The position numbers and the translations under genes were made by a program. A DNA stretch of 64,000 nt. Origin: an uncultured Methanosarcinales archaeon (GTDB lineage Archaea > Nanobdellota > Nanobdellia > Woesearchaeales > SKGA01). Each line of letters opens with the position of its first letter. The first letter of the stretch is position 1. The stretch is taken from positions 8,453 through 72,452 of the forward strand of contig CAYRYB010000006.1 in the NCBI GenBank assembly GCA_964428395.1. The letters are read 5' to 3'. This document shows, in pieces, positions 30,104 through 39,715 of the stretch. The notes below the pieces were generated by a model. It saw nothing but the letters and a program-made list of their open reading frames with translations. It did not search any database and had not been told where the DNA came from.

Positions 30104-30337
30104 CTAAGCGAGGTCTTCAGCTTCTACAACCATTGGGTCGTCTGCTAATGTCTTTTGTACTTCAGCATCATCAACAGATCCTACGCTTGCAGCTATTTTT
30201 TCAAAATACGCTGTCGGACGAATCGTTGTAATGGTCGTTTTATGAACGATGTATTTTCCGTCCTTACTTTTTCTAAACTTCGTTTCAATAAGCGGCATTC
30301 GCCGCAACTGTTCTTCTTTTTTATTGGTTAAACCCAT
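30104..30337 (-). CDS. Small hypothetical protein (77 aa)
   Basis: ORF only. Basic N-terminus and acidic C-terminus. Confidence 0.25.
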   Translation of the reverse strand: MGLTNKKEEQLRRMPLIETKFRKSKDGKYIVHKTTITTIRPTAYFEKIAASVGSVDDAEVQKTLADDPMVVEAEDLA

Positions 30338-30414
30338 TATGTATCACCAAAAAGTATCTTGCAGAAAGCCTTTAAAGAAACTAACGCAAAAAAAACCGAA
30401 ATTTTTTCGGAAAG

Positions 30415-31584
30415 TCACTTTTTTTGAAGAACTAAAAGAGTCTCCACGTGACTTGTTTGTGGAAACATATCATACCCTTGCAGAAAAACTTCTCTATAAT
30501 TTTCTTGAAAAAACTCCATATCTATTTTTTGTGTTTTCGGATTACACGACATGTAAATAATTGTTTCTGGAGTACTGGCAATAATTTTTTCTGCAACCTT
30601 TCTGCCTAAGCCACTTCTGGGTGGATCAACGATAATTGTGTTTACTTCTAAAGGCGCGACATCGGTAAACTTTTTCATGGGCGCTGTAAAAAACAATGCT
30701 TTCTTCTTATTTATCTTCGCGTTCTCTCTTGCTAAAAGTACTGCTTGCTCAACTTCTTCAACACCTATGACTGATGTTGCTTTATCAGCGACAAAAAGGG
30801 TTATTGCGCCAACACCTGAACATAAATCAACGGTATTGCCATGCACAAACTCTTTAATCTTTTCAAAAATTATAGTTACCATTTTACTATTTGCTTGAAA
30901 GAAACTTTGTGGCGCAATAGCTAAAGAAATATCGTTAAGCTGCTCTGTTATTGTTTTTTTACCAAGCACAAAATATGGCTTTGTAAAAGGCACGGACACA
31001 TCAGTAATACTGTCATTAACAAACCAGTATATGCTTACTGCCTCTGCTTGCAATTGTGAGAACACCTTACGCAAGGATTCTTCCTGCATGGCAGTTGGTG
31101 TTGTTGAAGTAAAAATTACCATGAGTTCTTTTGAAGAAGGCGCAAAGCGAAACGTAACATAACGCAAAAACCCACTATGTTCTAAAAAATCATAAGAAGC
31201 AATGTTGTGTTCTTGTAATACTTCTTTTACATGAGAAAATACTTTGCGAGGAAATGAAGGCAGTAAAAGACATTCATCAATAGCAACGACTTCTCGAAAA
31301 TTGCCTCTTTTGCGAAGACCTAATTTGCCAAAAGCGTACACAAAATCCATACGATTGCGATACCCTAAACCTGAAGGCGCCATCGTTACCACAACCTTTT
31401 TCTTAAACAAGTCTTGTAAGTAAGCTTCCTTTAATGCAATTTGACTCTCACACGCAACATCTTGAAATCTACAACCACCACACGCAGGAAAATGCTTACA
31501 CGCAGGAGACCTAAGCTGTAATGCCTCTTTATTTATTGCATCAAAGAAATCCTTTTTCTTATGTTTTTTTGGTCTTCTAGACAT
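30415..31584 (-). CDS. RNA (uracil-5)-methyltransferase of the TrmA/RlmD (RumA) family with an Fe-S cysteine cluster
   Basis: N-terminal C-x5-CGGC (ACKHFPACGGCRFQ) cluster. A class I MTase core (VDLCSGVGAITL) and a C-terminal IYMSCNPKT motif typical of m5U methyltransferases. Confidence 0.7.
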   Translation of the reverse strand: MSRRPKKHKKKDFFDAINKEALQLRSPACKHFPACGGCRFQDVACESQIALKEAYLQDLFKKKVVVTMAPSGLGYRNRMDFVYAFGKLGLRKRGNFREVVAIDECLLLPSFPRKVFSHVKEVLQEHNIASYDFLEHSGFLRYVTFRFAPSSKELMVIFTSTTPTAMQEESLRKVFSQLQAEAVSIYWFVNDSITDVSVPFTKPYFVLGKKTITEQLNDISLAIAPQSFFQANSKMVTIIFEKIKEFVHGNTVDLCSGVGAITLFVADKATSVIGVEEVEQAVLLARENAKINKKKALFFTAPMKKFTDVAPLEVNTIIVDPPRSGLGRKVAEKIIASTPETIIYMSCNPKTQKIDMEFFQENYREVFLQGYDMFPQTSHVETLLVLQKK

Positions 31585-31608
31585 AATACCTATAGAACTA
31601 ATACCTGC

Positions 31609-32520
31609 TTATAAGCGTTTCTTGAGTTTTGCAATAAAAAATCCTTGCGTTCCTGTTTTATGTGACCAAAAACGCTTAGTCAAAGAAAGCTCCTTAGAAA
31701 GTTTTTTACCAAAAACGTCTGTATATCCTGCGTCACCAATTTGAAGAGAAATCGGTTCTAGCTTTAAATCAGCATATTTTTGCAATGCCCAATCAATGAT
31801 AAATTCATCTTCTTCAGGCTCTAAAGAACATGTCGAATAAACAAGCGTACCGCCCTTTTTAAGCACTCTATACGCAGATTTGAGTAATTCCTTTTGCAAA
31901 TTAGCTCGCTCCTTAAAATCAAGAGGCATCCTTTTTGTAAAAAAGTCTTTCTCAACACAAAAATTTCCAGAACAAGGTGCGTCTAAAAGAACATAATCAA
32001 ATAAGAGTCCAATATCATCGGCGAATCGAGCATCTTTTTTAAAAACAACAACGGACGTGATACCTAATCGTTCCACATTACTCTTAAGCGCATCAAGACG
32101 AGGCATGTTATTATCAAGAGCAATAATTGTTGCTTTATCATCAGTGAGCGCTGCGAGTTGTGTTGTTTTTGAACCAGGAGCGGCACACATATCAAGAATA
32201 GTTATAGAAGTCAATGGAATAGTTTTTGTTAGAACATCAGATAATAATATGTGAGCAGGAATCTGACTTGCTACTTCTTGCAGATAAAAGAGTCCTGAAA
32301 GGTATTCAATAGTTGATGCAAGGGAGAAGTCTGCCTCATAAAAAAACGCGTCAGGAAGAAAAGAAACGGGCTCTAAACGAATACCTTTCGCGGAGAGTTT
32401 TTTATGCAACTCTGCAACAGATATTTTTAACGTATTTACACGCAAGGACGGTTTAAGCAGAACATCTTCTGGAAGAAAATGTTCTCCAAGGTTCTCGTAC
32501 CGTTTTAAAAAAAAATTCAT
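31609..32520 (-). CDS. NOL1/NOP2/Sun family RNA (cytosine-C5)-methyltransferase
   Basis: ILDMCAAPGSKT (motif I), LLDAPCSGNF (motif IV with the catalytic Cys) and TLVYSTCSLEPEEDE (motif VI TC-S). Start taken at the internal Met MNFFLKRY. Confidence 0.7.
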   Translation of the reverse strand: MNFFLKRYENLGEHFLPEDVLLKPSLRVNTLKISVAELHKKLSAKGIRLEPVSFLPDAFFYEADFSLASTIEYLSGLFYLQEVASQIPAHILLSDVLTKTIPLTSITILDMCAAPGSKTTQLAALTDDKATIIALDNNMPRLDALKSNVERLGITSVVVFKKDARFADDIGLLFDYVLLDAPCSGNFCVEKDFFTKRMPLDFKERANLQKELLKSAYRVLKKGGTLVYSTCSLEPEEDEFIIDWALQKYADLKLEPISLQIGDAGYTDVFGKKLSKELSLTKRFWSHKTGTQGFFIAKLKKRL

Positions 32521-32524
32521 TTTT

Positions 32525-33646
32525 TCACTCCACATTAACAAAAATAGAGCCTGTTTTCTCATCAATGCGCTCAATTATGTCAATGTCTTTAGTTAATTCT
32601 TTAATCTCGCTCCAAGAAGCAACTTTTCGAAGCTGGGTAACCTTATCCAAAACAAGTTTTATTTCAGCGTAATGAGTATACAAAAGCTCTCCCTTATGCT
32701 GATTTTCTTTTTCTTTTCTTTCTAATCCTTGCAGAGCTTGCTCTTGCAGAGCAATAATTTTTCCTGTTTTAGAAAGTTGCGATGTTGCCTCTTTATTAGC
32801 AGTTTCCTTTTCCTGACTTGTTAAATCTGCAAGCGCAATTTGCGCTACTGCCTCATTAAACGACCCTTTAAACGCATTCTCTTGACTTAATCCCGCAAGA
32901 GCTAAAGGAAATGCTTCATTATTAAAAATAAAAGCTTCCGTTTTTTGAGCAAAAAGCTCGTGTAATGCAGCGTATACTTTTTGAGTGTTTTCATCGCTAA
33001 GCTTTGCAGGTGATTGATTTTTTTCAACACCTGCACGATGCACAACTTCCTCAGCATAGACTCCTCCTAAACTACATTCTATTGCCAAAAACTTCACTAA
33101 AGATTCTTTTTTACTTTGCTTTATTAATTCTGTAAACTGCAAAAGAGAAAGAGCTGCAGGATCGAGTTGTTGTGGAGGAAAAGCATATTGTTTTGCAGGC
33201 AAGAGTCTTCTTTGCTCACTCCAAATCTTGGGATGAAGCACAGAAAGAATTTTGTTTTCCTCATTTACTAAAATAATATTCCCTGGAGAAAGAAACTCTA
33301 TAATTAGCGTGCTTGGTCCTTGCTTTGTCATCAAACCAATTTTTACAATTCTTTCAAAATGATGTTGAGAAATAGCAGTGATACGCGCATTAGTTATTTT
33401 CCTTCGCAAGCCCGTACAAAAACCCGGTGGCGCAAGAGGAAACACTGGTTTAAAAGAACTTAAACAGATAACTTTTGGAAGTGAGAGGAAAAGATATTGT
33501 TTTCCCTTACCAGGAATATGCAAACTAAAAAGAAAATCATCAATAGGCTTTTCCTGTTGAAAAATTTTTTCTATTTTTCCTCCTACCAAGAATTGTAGTT
33601 CTTCTATCACGCGACGCAATTCAAAAGAAGATAAAGAGCCTTTCAT
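32525..33646 (-). CDS. NFACT-N domain protein (Rqc2/FbpA-like), short form
   Basis: N-terminus MKGSLSSFELRRVIEELQFLVGGKIEKIFQ matches the NFACT-N start. 373 aa, shorter than typical archaeal NFACT proteins. Confidence 0.45.
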   Translation of the reverse strand: MKGSLSSFELRRVIEELQFLVGGKIEKIFQQEKPIDDFLFSLHIPGKGKQYLFLSLPKVICLSSFKPVFPLAPPGFCTGLRRKITNARITAISQHHFERIVKIGLMTKQGPSTLIIEFLSPGNIILVNEENKILSVLHPKIWSEQRRLLPAKQYAFPPQQLDPAALSLLQFTELIKQSKKESLVKFLAIECSLGGVYAEEVVHRAGVEKNQSPAKLSDENTQKVYAALHELFAQKTEAFIFNNEAFPLALAGLSQENAFKGSFNEAVAQIALADLTSQEKETANKEATSQLSKTGKIIALQEQALQGLERKEKENQHKGELLYTHYAEIKLVLDKVTQLRKVASWSEIKELTKDIDIIERIDEKTGSIFVNVE

Positions 33647-33909
33647 ATATGTAGTAGAACACTTTGCTTCTTTTTATACATTTGCGTCAAAAACTATGCA
33701 AAAGGGAACATATGCTCAAAACAAAAACAGATGTAACAGTATATCCTAACAAAATCCTAACAAAACATCCTTAGAAGAACACAGAGAACGTGCTTTCAAT
33801 AGTATATCATCTATATGACTACAAGAATATCTATATTAAAAAACAATATGTTCTAACATCATATATGACGCAACACAAATATATTTAAAGAAATCAACCT
33901 ATAGCAAAT

Positions 33910-33957
33910 ACACTACATATAGTGTTGTGTGAACAAATAGAACACTACCCGTAGTGT
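33910..33957. promoter_or_regulatory. Pair of NrdR-box-like 16-bp palindromes (ACACTACATATAGTGT at 33910-33925 and ACACTACCCGTAGTGT at 33942-33957), centres 32 bp apart, upstream of the adenosyltransferase gene
   Basis: Two imperfect ACACTA-N4-TAGTGT palindromes directly upstream of the 33980 GTG start. The same motif and the same spacing recur upstream of nrdJ at 37115-37162. Confidence 0.6.
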
Positions 33958-33979
33958 TTTTTCAAAAAAGAGAATACGA

Positions 33980-34561
33980 GTGATTAAGGCGTTAAAAGTG
34001 GCAATAACAACTAAAATCGGCGACAAAGGAAAAACGAACATTCTTTTTGGTCATCAAATAGACAAAACAAGTCCAATTTTAGAAGTAACGGGAACAGTAG
34101 ATGAACTTAACGCAGCTATTGGTATTGCTCGCTCATCAGTAACCGCTCCAGGTCTCAAAGAAGAATTACTCTCCTTACAACATTCCCTTTTTGTCATTGG
34201 TGCTGAAGTTGCCACATTACCAGAAGATTTTTCAAAACTCAAAAGAACTATCACAAAAGAAAATATCAATATGATTGAGAAGAGCATTACACAACTTGAG
34301 AAATATAATGACATAGATAACTGGTTTATTCCCGGAGAATCGCCAAGTTCAGCACATCTGGAATTAGCAAGAACCATTGCAAGAAGACTAGAACGACGAT
34401 TGCTTCAGATTCAACACCATAACGAGCACACAAGAATATTTGTCAACAGACTTTCAGATTATCTTTGGCTCCTCAGTCAAAAAGAAGAATATTACATACG
34501 CGGTATTGAACGAAAAAGCACAGAAGAAACAAGTATTACAGAACAACAAACAACCATTTAA
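33980..34561 (+). CDS. ATP:cob(I)alamin adenosyltransferase, PduO/MMAB type
   Basis: VAITTKIGDKGKTNILFGHQIDKTSPILEVTGTVDELNAAIG matches the PduO-type ATR N-terminal signature (TGDxGxT...GTVDELN). 193 aa. GTG start. Confidence 0.75.
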   Translation: MIKALKVAITTKIGDKGKTNILFGHQIDKTSPILEVTGTVDELNAAIGIARSSVTAPGLKEELLSLQHSLFVIGAEVATLPEDFSKLKRTITKENINMIEKSITQLEKYNDIDNWFIPGESPSSAHLELARTIARRLERRLLQIQHHNEHTRIFVNRLSDYLWLLSQKEEYYIRGIERKSTEETSITEQQTTI

Positions 34562-34707
34562 TGATTTCTTAACGCGACTAAAAAAACTGTTAATAAACGT
34601 AAAACGAATTTTTCTTAGAACAAACAAGATATTTTTAAAACAACTTTTCTTTAAAGAAATACAAAGAAAAAATAAAGAAAAATAGAAAAAATAAAGAAAA
34701 ACTTCAC

Positions 34708-37083
34708 TTAATGCATATCGCAGCCACCAGTAAAACCACAACCAGCATCACACTCGGTGCAACCGCCAACCTTAATCATTGTACCTTTCTTACACATCGG
34801 ACAACGATTGCCAACTTCAGAACCATACACAACACCTTCTTCGTCTTCCTCATCATTTTCACCTTTTACAGAAGATGAATCTTCTACAGGTAAATCTTTC
34901 ATAGACGAAGAATCCTGCGACGTTGTCTCAGCTGGTGGAGCTGATTGCTTATTAGACGAAGCGTTAGGTGTGTGATCTGCAACGTTTTTTTCTCCGGTTG
35001 TAACGTCCGTTGATAAAATTTGTTCATCTCTGGAACCATCACGATAAATAGTTACTCCCTTGCAACCCAAATCAAAAGCGTACTCATACAATTTCATCGT
35101 TTGTTCTACTGTAAAATCCGCAGGAACATTCGCCGTCTTTGAAATTGAAGAATCAGTCCAGCGCTGAATGGTTGCCTGCAATTTTACATGATCTTCTGGA
35201 CCCATGCTCATCGCACTCACAAAAAAAGAAGGTAGTGAGCCATCTGGATTTTTCTTATATTCTTTCACCAAATCAATTTCGACCTCATGAAAACCAAGAC
35301 GACTCTGCTGATAATATTTAAACGCATAAAAAGGTTCAATACCTGTTGATGTTCCCAGCATAGAACCAACCGTACCTGTTGGTGCCTGTGTTAAAAGGGC
35401 AACATTACGAATACCTTTTTTTCGAATAGCTTCATGCACTTGAACAGGCATATGCTTCATAAAACCGCTTTGTAAAAACTTGTCTGTGACAAATTCAGGA
35501 AAGGAACCTTTCTCCTCAGCAATATCTGTTGAGGTTAAATACGCCCGAACAGCAATACGTTTGTAAAGCTTATCAACAAACTCGTTTGCCTTATCACTAC
35601 CAAACGGCAAACGCATACGCACTAAGACTTCAGCAAGGCCAAGCGTTCCGCAACCAACACGACGCTCTTTTAACTGATTCTGTTTAATCTCATCAAAAAT
35701 GTATGGTGTTAAATCAATAATATCATCTAAGAAACGAACAAGTGTTGCTGTTGCATCCTCAAGCGCATCCCAATCAAAGTCAAACAAAGGACCAATCTCA
35801 TCCTCGCCTGTCTTATATACAAAATTATTCAATGCCAAATGCGCAAGATTACAAACACCCCATGCGGGAAGACCTTGTTCTCCACAAGGATTTGTACAAA
35901 TAATATTATTATAATAATAAGAATTACTTAAGTCATTATACCTTCCTGAAAAAACAACGCCTGGCTCAGCACTTTTCCACGCAGAACTAATAAGTCTACT
36001 CCATAAATCCTTTGCGCGAACTGATTTATGCACAACTGTTTTACGCCCTTTTTTCTTCCAGCCAAGTAAGTCGCCATCCCATTCTTTATCATAAATCTCT
36101 TTTGTTTTCTTATCGGCAATGTCAGGAAATTCTAACTGCCATTCCCTGTCCTGTTTTACTGCATCCATAAACTCATTAGAAACCAGAACAGAAAGATTCG
36201 CATTATCTAAAAAACCTATTTGATGCTTCGCGTCAATAAATTCTTCAATATCAGGATGCCAATCAGCAAGCATGAGCATGAGCGCACCTCTACGCGAACC
36301 CCCCTGCTCTATAAGACCTGTTGCGTTAGAATATAAATTTCCCCACGAAACAGAACCACTCGATTTACCATTTACTCCTTTAATGTATGCATACCGAGGA
36401 CGAAGTGTACTTAAATTAATACCAACACCACCCCCACGACTAAAAATTTCTACCATTTGATACAGTGTATCTTTAATAATTGATTTTCTTGAATCACCAG
36501 GAGAAGGAATAACAAAACAATTATACAATGTTAAATTAGATGTGTAGTTTCCCGTCTCATCAACATTGGCTCCCGCCATTATCCGTCCAGCTGGCTGAAT
36601 ATAACCCTTTAAAAGCGTTTGCGTAAATTTTTCTTTATAGAAGGCAGAGTCTTTTTCCACGCTTGCTGTGGCTCGGCCAACTCGTTCATATGCATCATAA
36701 ATGCTCTCTGTAGGTTTATCACATTGTAACTTACTTACCAAAAGAGGTTCTTTACTTTCAGCATACACGCCAGTAATCATGCGAAGTTTCCACTCAGAAC
36801 CCTGACTTGCAACAATAATTCCCAAATCCTTTTTTGGATACTTAGGATGCATTTTTGAAACTACAACAACCAAATCGCCAATAGCAATATTTTCTCGCAA
36901 ATCCTTAATGGCATATCTATCCATAAAAATAATAAGACCCATTTCCTTTAGGAATGTTGAGTTGTTAAGAATATCAATTGCCTTGGCGTTTAATAAAACA
37001 CCTTCCTTTTTTAGTTGACGAACTAAGGGAGCATCAGTTGTTGCTCGCTGTAAATTTGATCCAGAATGTTCATTTGGTTTCAT
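34708..37083 (-). CDS. nrdJ: Class II (adenosylcobalamin-dependent) ribonucleotide reductase NrdJ, catalytically canonical, with a C-terminal zinc ribbon
   Basis: TNPCGEQGLPAWGVCNLAHL (N-x-C-x-E thiyl-radical motif and second redox Cys). NCFVIPSPGDS (first redox Cys). GGGVG. C-terminal CPMCKK...CTECDAGCG after an acidic, Ser-rich linker. Confidence 0.85.
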   Translation of the reverse strand: MKPNEHSGSNLQRATTDAPLVRQLKKEGVLLNAKAIDILNNSTFLKEMGLIIFMDRYAIKDLRENIAIGDLVVVVSKMHPKYPKKDLGIIVASQGSEWKLRMITGVYAESKEPLLVSKLQCDKPTESIYDAYERVGRATASVEKDSAFYKEKFTQTLLKGYIQPAGRIMAGANVDETGNYTSNLTLYNCFVIPSPGDSRKSIIKDTLYQMVEIFSRGGGVGINLSTLRPRYAYIKGVNGKSSGSVSWGNLYSNATGLIEQGGSRRGALMLMLADWHPDIEEFIDAKHQIGFLDNANLSVLVSNEFMDAVKQDREWQLEFPDIADKKTKEIYDKEWDGDLLGWKKKGRKTVVHKSVRAKDLWSRLISSAWKSAEPGVVFSGRYNDLSNSYYYNNIICTNPCGEQGLPAWGVCNLAHLALNNFVYKTGEDEIGPLFDFDWDALEDATATLVRFLDDIIDLTPYIFDEIKQNQLKERRVGCGTLGLAEVLVRMRLPFGSDKANEFVDKLYKRIAVRAYLTSTDIAEEKGSFPEFVTDKFLQSGFMKHMPVQVHEAIRKKGIRNVALLTQAPTGTVGSMLGTSTGIEPFYAFKYYQQSRLGFHEVEIDLVKEYKKNPDGSLPSFFVSAMSMGPEDHVKLQATIQRWTDSSISKTANVPADFTVEQTMKLYEYAFDLGCKGVTIYRDGSRDEQILSTDVTTGEKNVADHTPNASSNKQSAPPAETTSQDSSSMKDLPVEDSSSVKGENDEEDEEGVVYGSEVGNRCPMCKKGTMIKVGGCTECDAGCGFTGGCDMH

Positions 37084-37114
37084 AGTATCACTTCAAACAG
37101 TATAAGTAGTGTAA

Positions 37115-37162
37115 ACACTATATGTAGTGTTTTTTCTTTTCCTCACACACTACATCTAGCTT
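37115..37162. promoter_or_regulatory. Pair of NrdR-box-like palindromes (ACACTATATGTAGTGT at 37115-37130, degenerate ACACTACATCTAGCTT at 37147-37162), centres 32 bp apart, immediately upstream of nrdJ
   Basis: Box 1 matches the bacterial NrdR-box consensus acaCwAtATaTwGtgt at 15 of 16 positions. It overlaps a second palindrome, TAGTGT-AA-ACACTA, at 37107-37124. Confidence 0.6.
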
Positions 37163-37244
37163 TTTGAAAGGTAACTGTTTAAATAATTAACGTGCGTAAA
37201 ATACAACTATCAGAACATAGATACTTTAAAGCATAGACTAAAAA

Positions 37245-39035
37245 CTACTCTTTTGATTCTTGAAATGCAGAAAGTCTCGTTTGTTTTTTTATAGCAAGCG
37301 CTTGATCCTCTCGACAACCATCCCTATAAAGAGTAATACCCTTACAATGAAGCTCATGCGCCAAGAAAATAATGGACGCTACATCCTCTCTTGTTGCATC
37401 ATTAGGAAGATTAATTGTTTTAGAAATAGAATTATCTACAAACTCCTGAAAGGCCGCCATGACCGCAAGGTGCTCTTTAGCACTAATATCCATCGCTGTT
37501 CTATACACTCTTTTAAAATCGTCATCAAGCCAAGAAATGTTTTGTACTGAGTCAACAAATTGTAATTGAATCTTTGCTGTTCTGTCAATAGGTAACGCAT
37601 CAATTGCCTCTTTGAACGATTGATTAAGAATGGTAAACTGTTCTCCCTCACTTGTTTTCGTAGTAAAAGAAAATGCATACACTGGTTCAATAGATTGAGA
37701 TGCACCAGCAATAATACTTGTACTGCCTGTTGGTGCAATAGACGTTATAGAAGCATGACGCATTTGTTTTTTGAAAACAGAATCATGAAAATCGGGAAAA
37801 GGTCCTCGTTGCAAAGCCAGTGCGTGCGATACACTTTGCGATTCTTCCTGAATAATACTCATCAATTTACGAATCACCACCAACGATTTGTCAGAACCGT
37901 ACGCAATATCCATCTTAAAAAGCATATCCGCAAAACCTAAAACGCCCAACCCTATCTTTCTTGAGGCCTTCGTCTTTTTTTCTAAAACGTCATTGATATA
38001 CCTATGCATATCAATACAATTATCAAGAAAATGAACAATGGTGCGAACAAGAGAACGAAGCTTTGTCTCATCGATAACATAAGCACCATTTTTTTGCACG
38101 AGAATCTTTAATAAATTAAGATGTGCATAAGGAACGCCCTCAAAAGATTCTAATTCATACTGACCACATGAGCCTGTACAAAGCACGCGTCTATTCTTAA
38201 AAGGATATTTCTTATTCATTTCATCAATAAAAATTACTCCTGGATCGCCTGTCTGCCAAGATTGCTCAACAATTGCATCAAACAACAATTTAGCTTGAAC
38301 AGAACGCACAACTTTACCATTACGAGGATTGATAAGAGGAAATTCTTTGTTATTCTCAACCGCTTGCATGAACTCATCTGTTACGGCAACAGAAAGATTA
38401 AAATTTTGCAGGGCGCGTAAATCTTGTTTTGCCTCAATAAAAGACATTATGTCTGGATGAGAAATATGCAATACTGCCATGTTCGCACCATTACGACGAC
38501 CGCCTTGAATGATAGCGCTAAAAGAGGTATCGAAAATTTTCATTACACTCATAGGACCAAAAGCAACATTTTTCATTCCAGAAACAGAATCCTTTCGGGG
38601 ACGAATTTTTGAGAAACTAAAGCCGACACCGCCACCTTGCTGTTGAATAGTTGCGCCAAGTTTAAGCACATCAAAAATTTCCTCAACAGAATCAGGCACG
38701 TCAAGAGCATGATCTGAAAATAAGAATTGAAACGTGTTACCTGCATTCATAAGAATAGGAGATGCAGGAATAAAATCCAAATTCACTAAGTGATTAAAAA
38801 AAACTTGCTCAGTTCCCTTCACATTGCCACCGTATTTCTTGTCAGCTAATGCAATGTTTTTTGCAACACGATACAGCATGCCAACACAATCTTCAACAAT
38901 CTCTCCGTCATTATTTCGTCGTAAATAACGCATACGAAGCAAATCCTGAGCAATAGGACTGAGTGTTAAACGTCTCTTATATTCCTTATAATGAGGAATG
39001 CTTGCTTCGTAGTCCGGTGGTAAAACATCCTCCAT
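37245..39035 (-). CDS. Class II RNR-like paralogue (596 aa) lacking the canonical catalytic residues (candidate pseudo-enzyme)
   Basis: Full-length similarity to NrdJ (LRMRYL..., GGGVGFSFSKIRPR, ITLYRDG). The active-site region reads CTGSCGQYELESFEGVPYAHL instead of TNPCGEQ...CNL. The first redox Cys is absent (LFSDHALDVPDS) and there is no C-terminal Zn ribbon. Confidence 0.7.
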   Translation of the reverse strand: MEDVLPPDYEASIPHYKEYKRRLTLSPIAQDLLRMRYLRRNNDGEIVEDCVGMLYRVAKNIALADKKYGGNVKGTEQVFFNHLVNLDFIPASPILMNAGNTFQFLFSDHALDVPDSVEEIFDVLKLGATIQQQGGGVGFSFSKIRPRKDSVSGMKNVAFGPMSVMKIFDTSFSAIIQGGRRNGANMAVLHISHPDIMSFIEAKQDLRALQNFNLSVAVTDEFMQAVENNKEFPLINPRNGKVVRSVQAKLLFDAIVEQSWQTGDPGVIFIDEMNKKYPFKNRRVLCTGSCGQYELESFEGVPYAHLNLLKILVQKNGAYVIDETKLRSLVRTIVHFLDNCIDMHRYINDVLEKKTKASRKIGLGVLGFADMLFKMDIAYGSDKSLVVIRKLMSIIQEESQSVSHALALQRGPFPDFHDSVFKKQMRHASITSIAPTGSTSIIAGASQSIEPVYAFSFTTKTSEGEQFTILNQSFKEAIDALPIDRTAKIQLQFVDSVQNISWLDDDFKRVYRTAMDISAKEHLAVMAAFQEFVDNSISKTINLPNDATREDVASIIFLAHELHCKGITLYRDGCREDQALAIKKQTRLSAFQESKE

Positions 39036-39256
39036 ACAGTATCTAAAGAGAGCAGAATATAAAAATATTTGTAAAGATTAACCGAAAATGCTGGCTTTTT
39101 CCCATAAAAGAGGAGCATATTAACTCAATGTTGCTCACACTTACTAAATTGCCATCAGAGATGCGCAAAGTAACTTGCTTAGAAAGATTTCTTCGTTTCA
39201 ATGATACTATACAATCTTTTCCATCGGCCATAACTAAAGAAAAGTTTTCTACTGAA

Positions 39257-39676
39257 TCACTCGCCAATAATCTTAATGATAACGCGTTTACTGCGTCTGC
39301 CATCAAACTCAGCATAAAATATCTGCTCCCAAGGACCCAAATCTAATTTTCCTTTTGTTATTGCCATCGTTACCTGGTGGCCTAATAATTGGCGCTTTAA
39401 GTGAGCATCAGCATTGTCCTCGCCAGTTAAATGATGTTTATAATCAGATTTTTTTGGAGCAAGAGTTTCAAGTAAGTCAGAAAAATCCTGCAATAATCCA
39501 CTTTCTGCATCATTAACAAATACCGCAGCAGTAATATGCATTGGATTAATAAGAACTAGACCTTCTTTTATTGCAGATTCTTGCACAGCAGATTCAACAT
39601 CGGAAGTAATATTTACAAAATCATAACGATCTTTTGTATGCATAACAAGATAGTGTGTGTAAGATTTCACGTTCAA
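39257..39676 (-). CDS. YjbQ/UPF0047 family protein
   Basis: 139 aa. [18 protein letters not shown]...[15 protein letters not shown] matches the YjbQ family. Confidence 0.65.
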   Translation of the reverse strand: MNVKSYTHYLVMHTKDRYDFVNITSDVESAVQESAIKEGLVLINPMHITAAVFVNDAESGLLQDFSDLLETLAPKKSDYKHHLTGEDNADAHLKRQLLGHQVTMAITKGKLDLGPWEQIFYAEFDGRRSKRVIIKIIGE

Positions 39677-39715
39677 TCACCTCAAAAAAAGTTTAACAAA
39701 ACAGATAAAAAAAAT

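Noticed and set aside
39043-39346. 90-aa and 72-aa ORFs between the RNR paralogue and yjbQ
   Set aside because: They overlap each other and the 3' end of yjbQ. No motif or start context supports them, and they are more likely promoter or leader sequence of the RNR paralogue.
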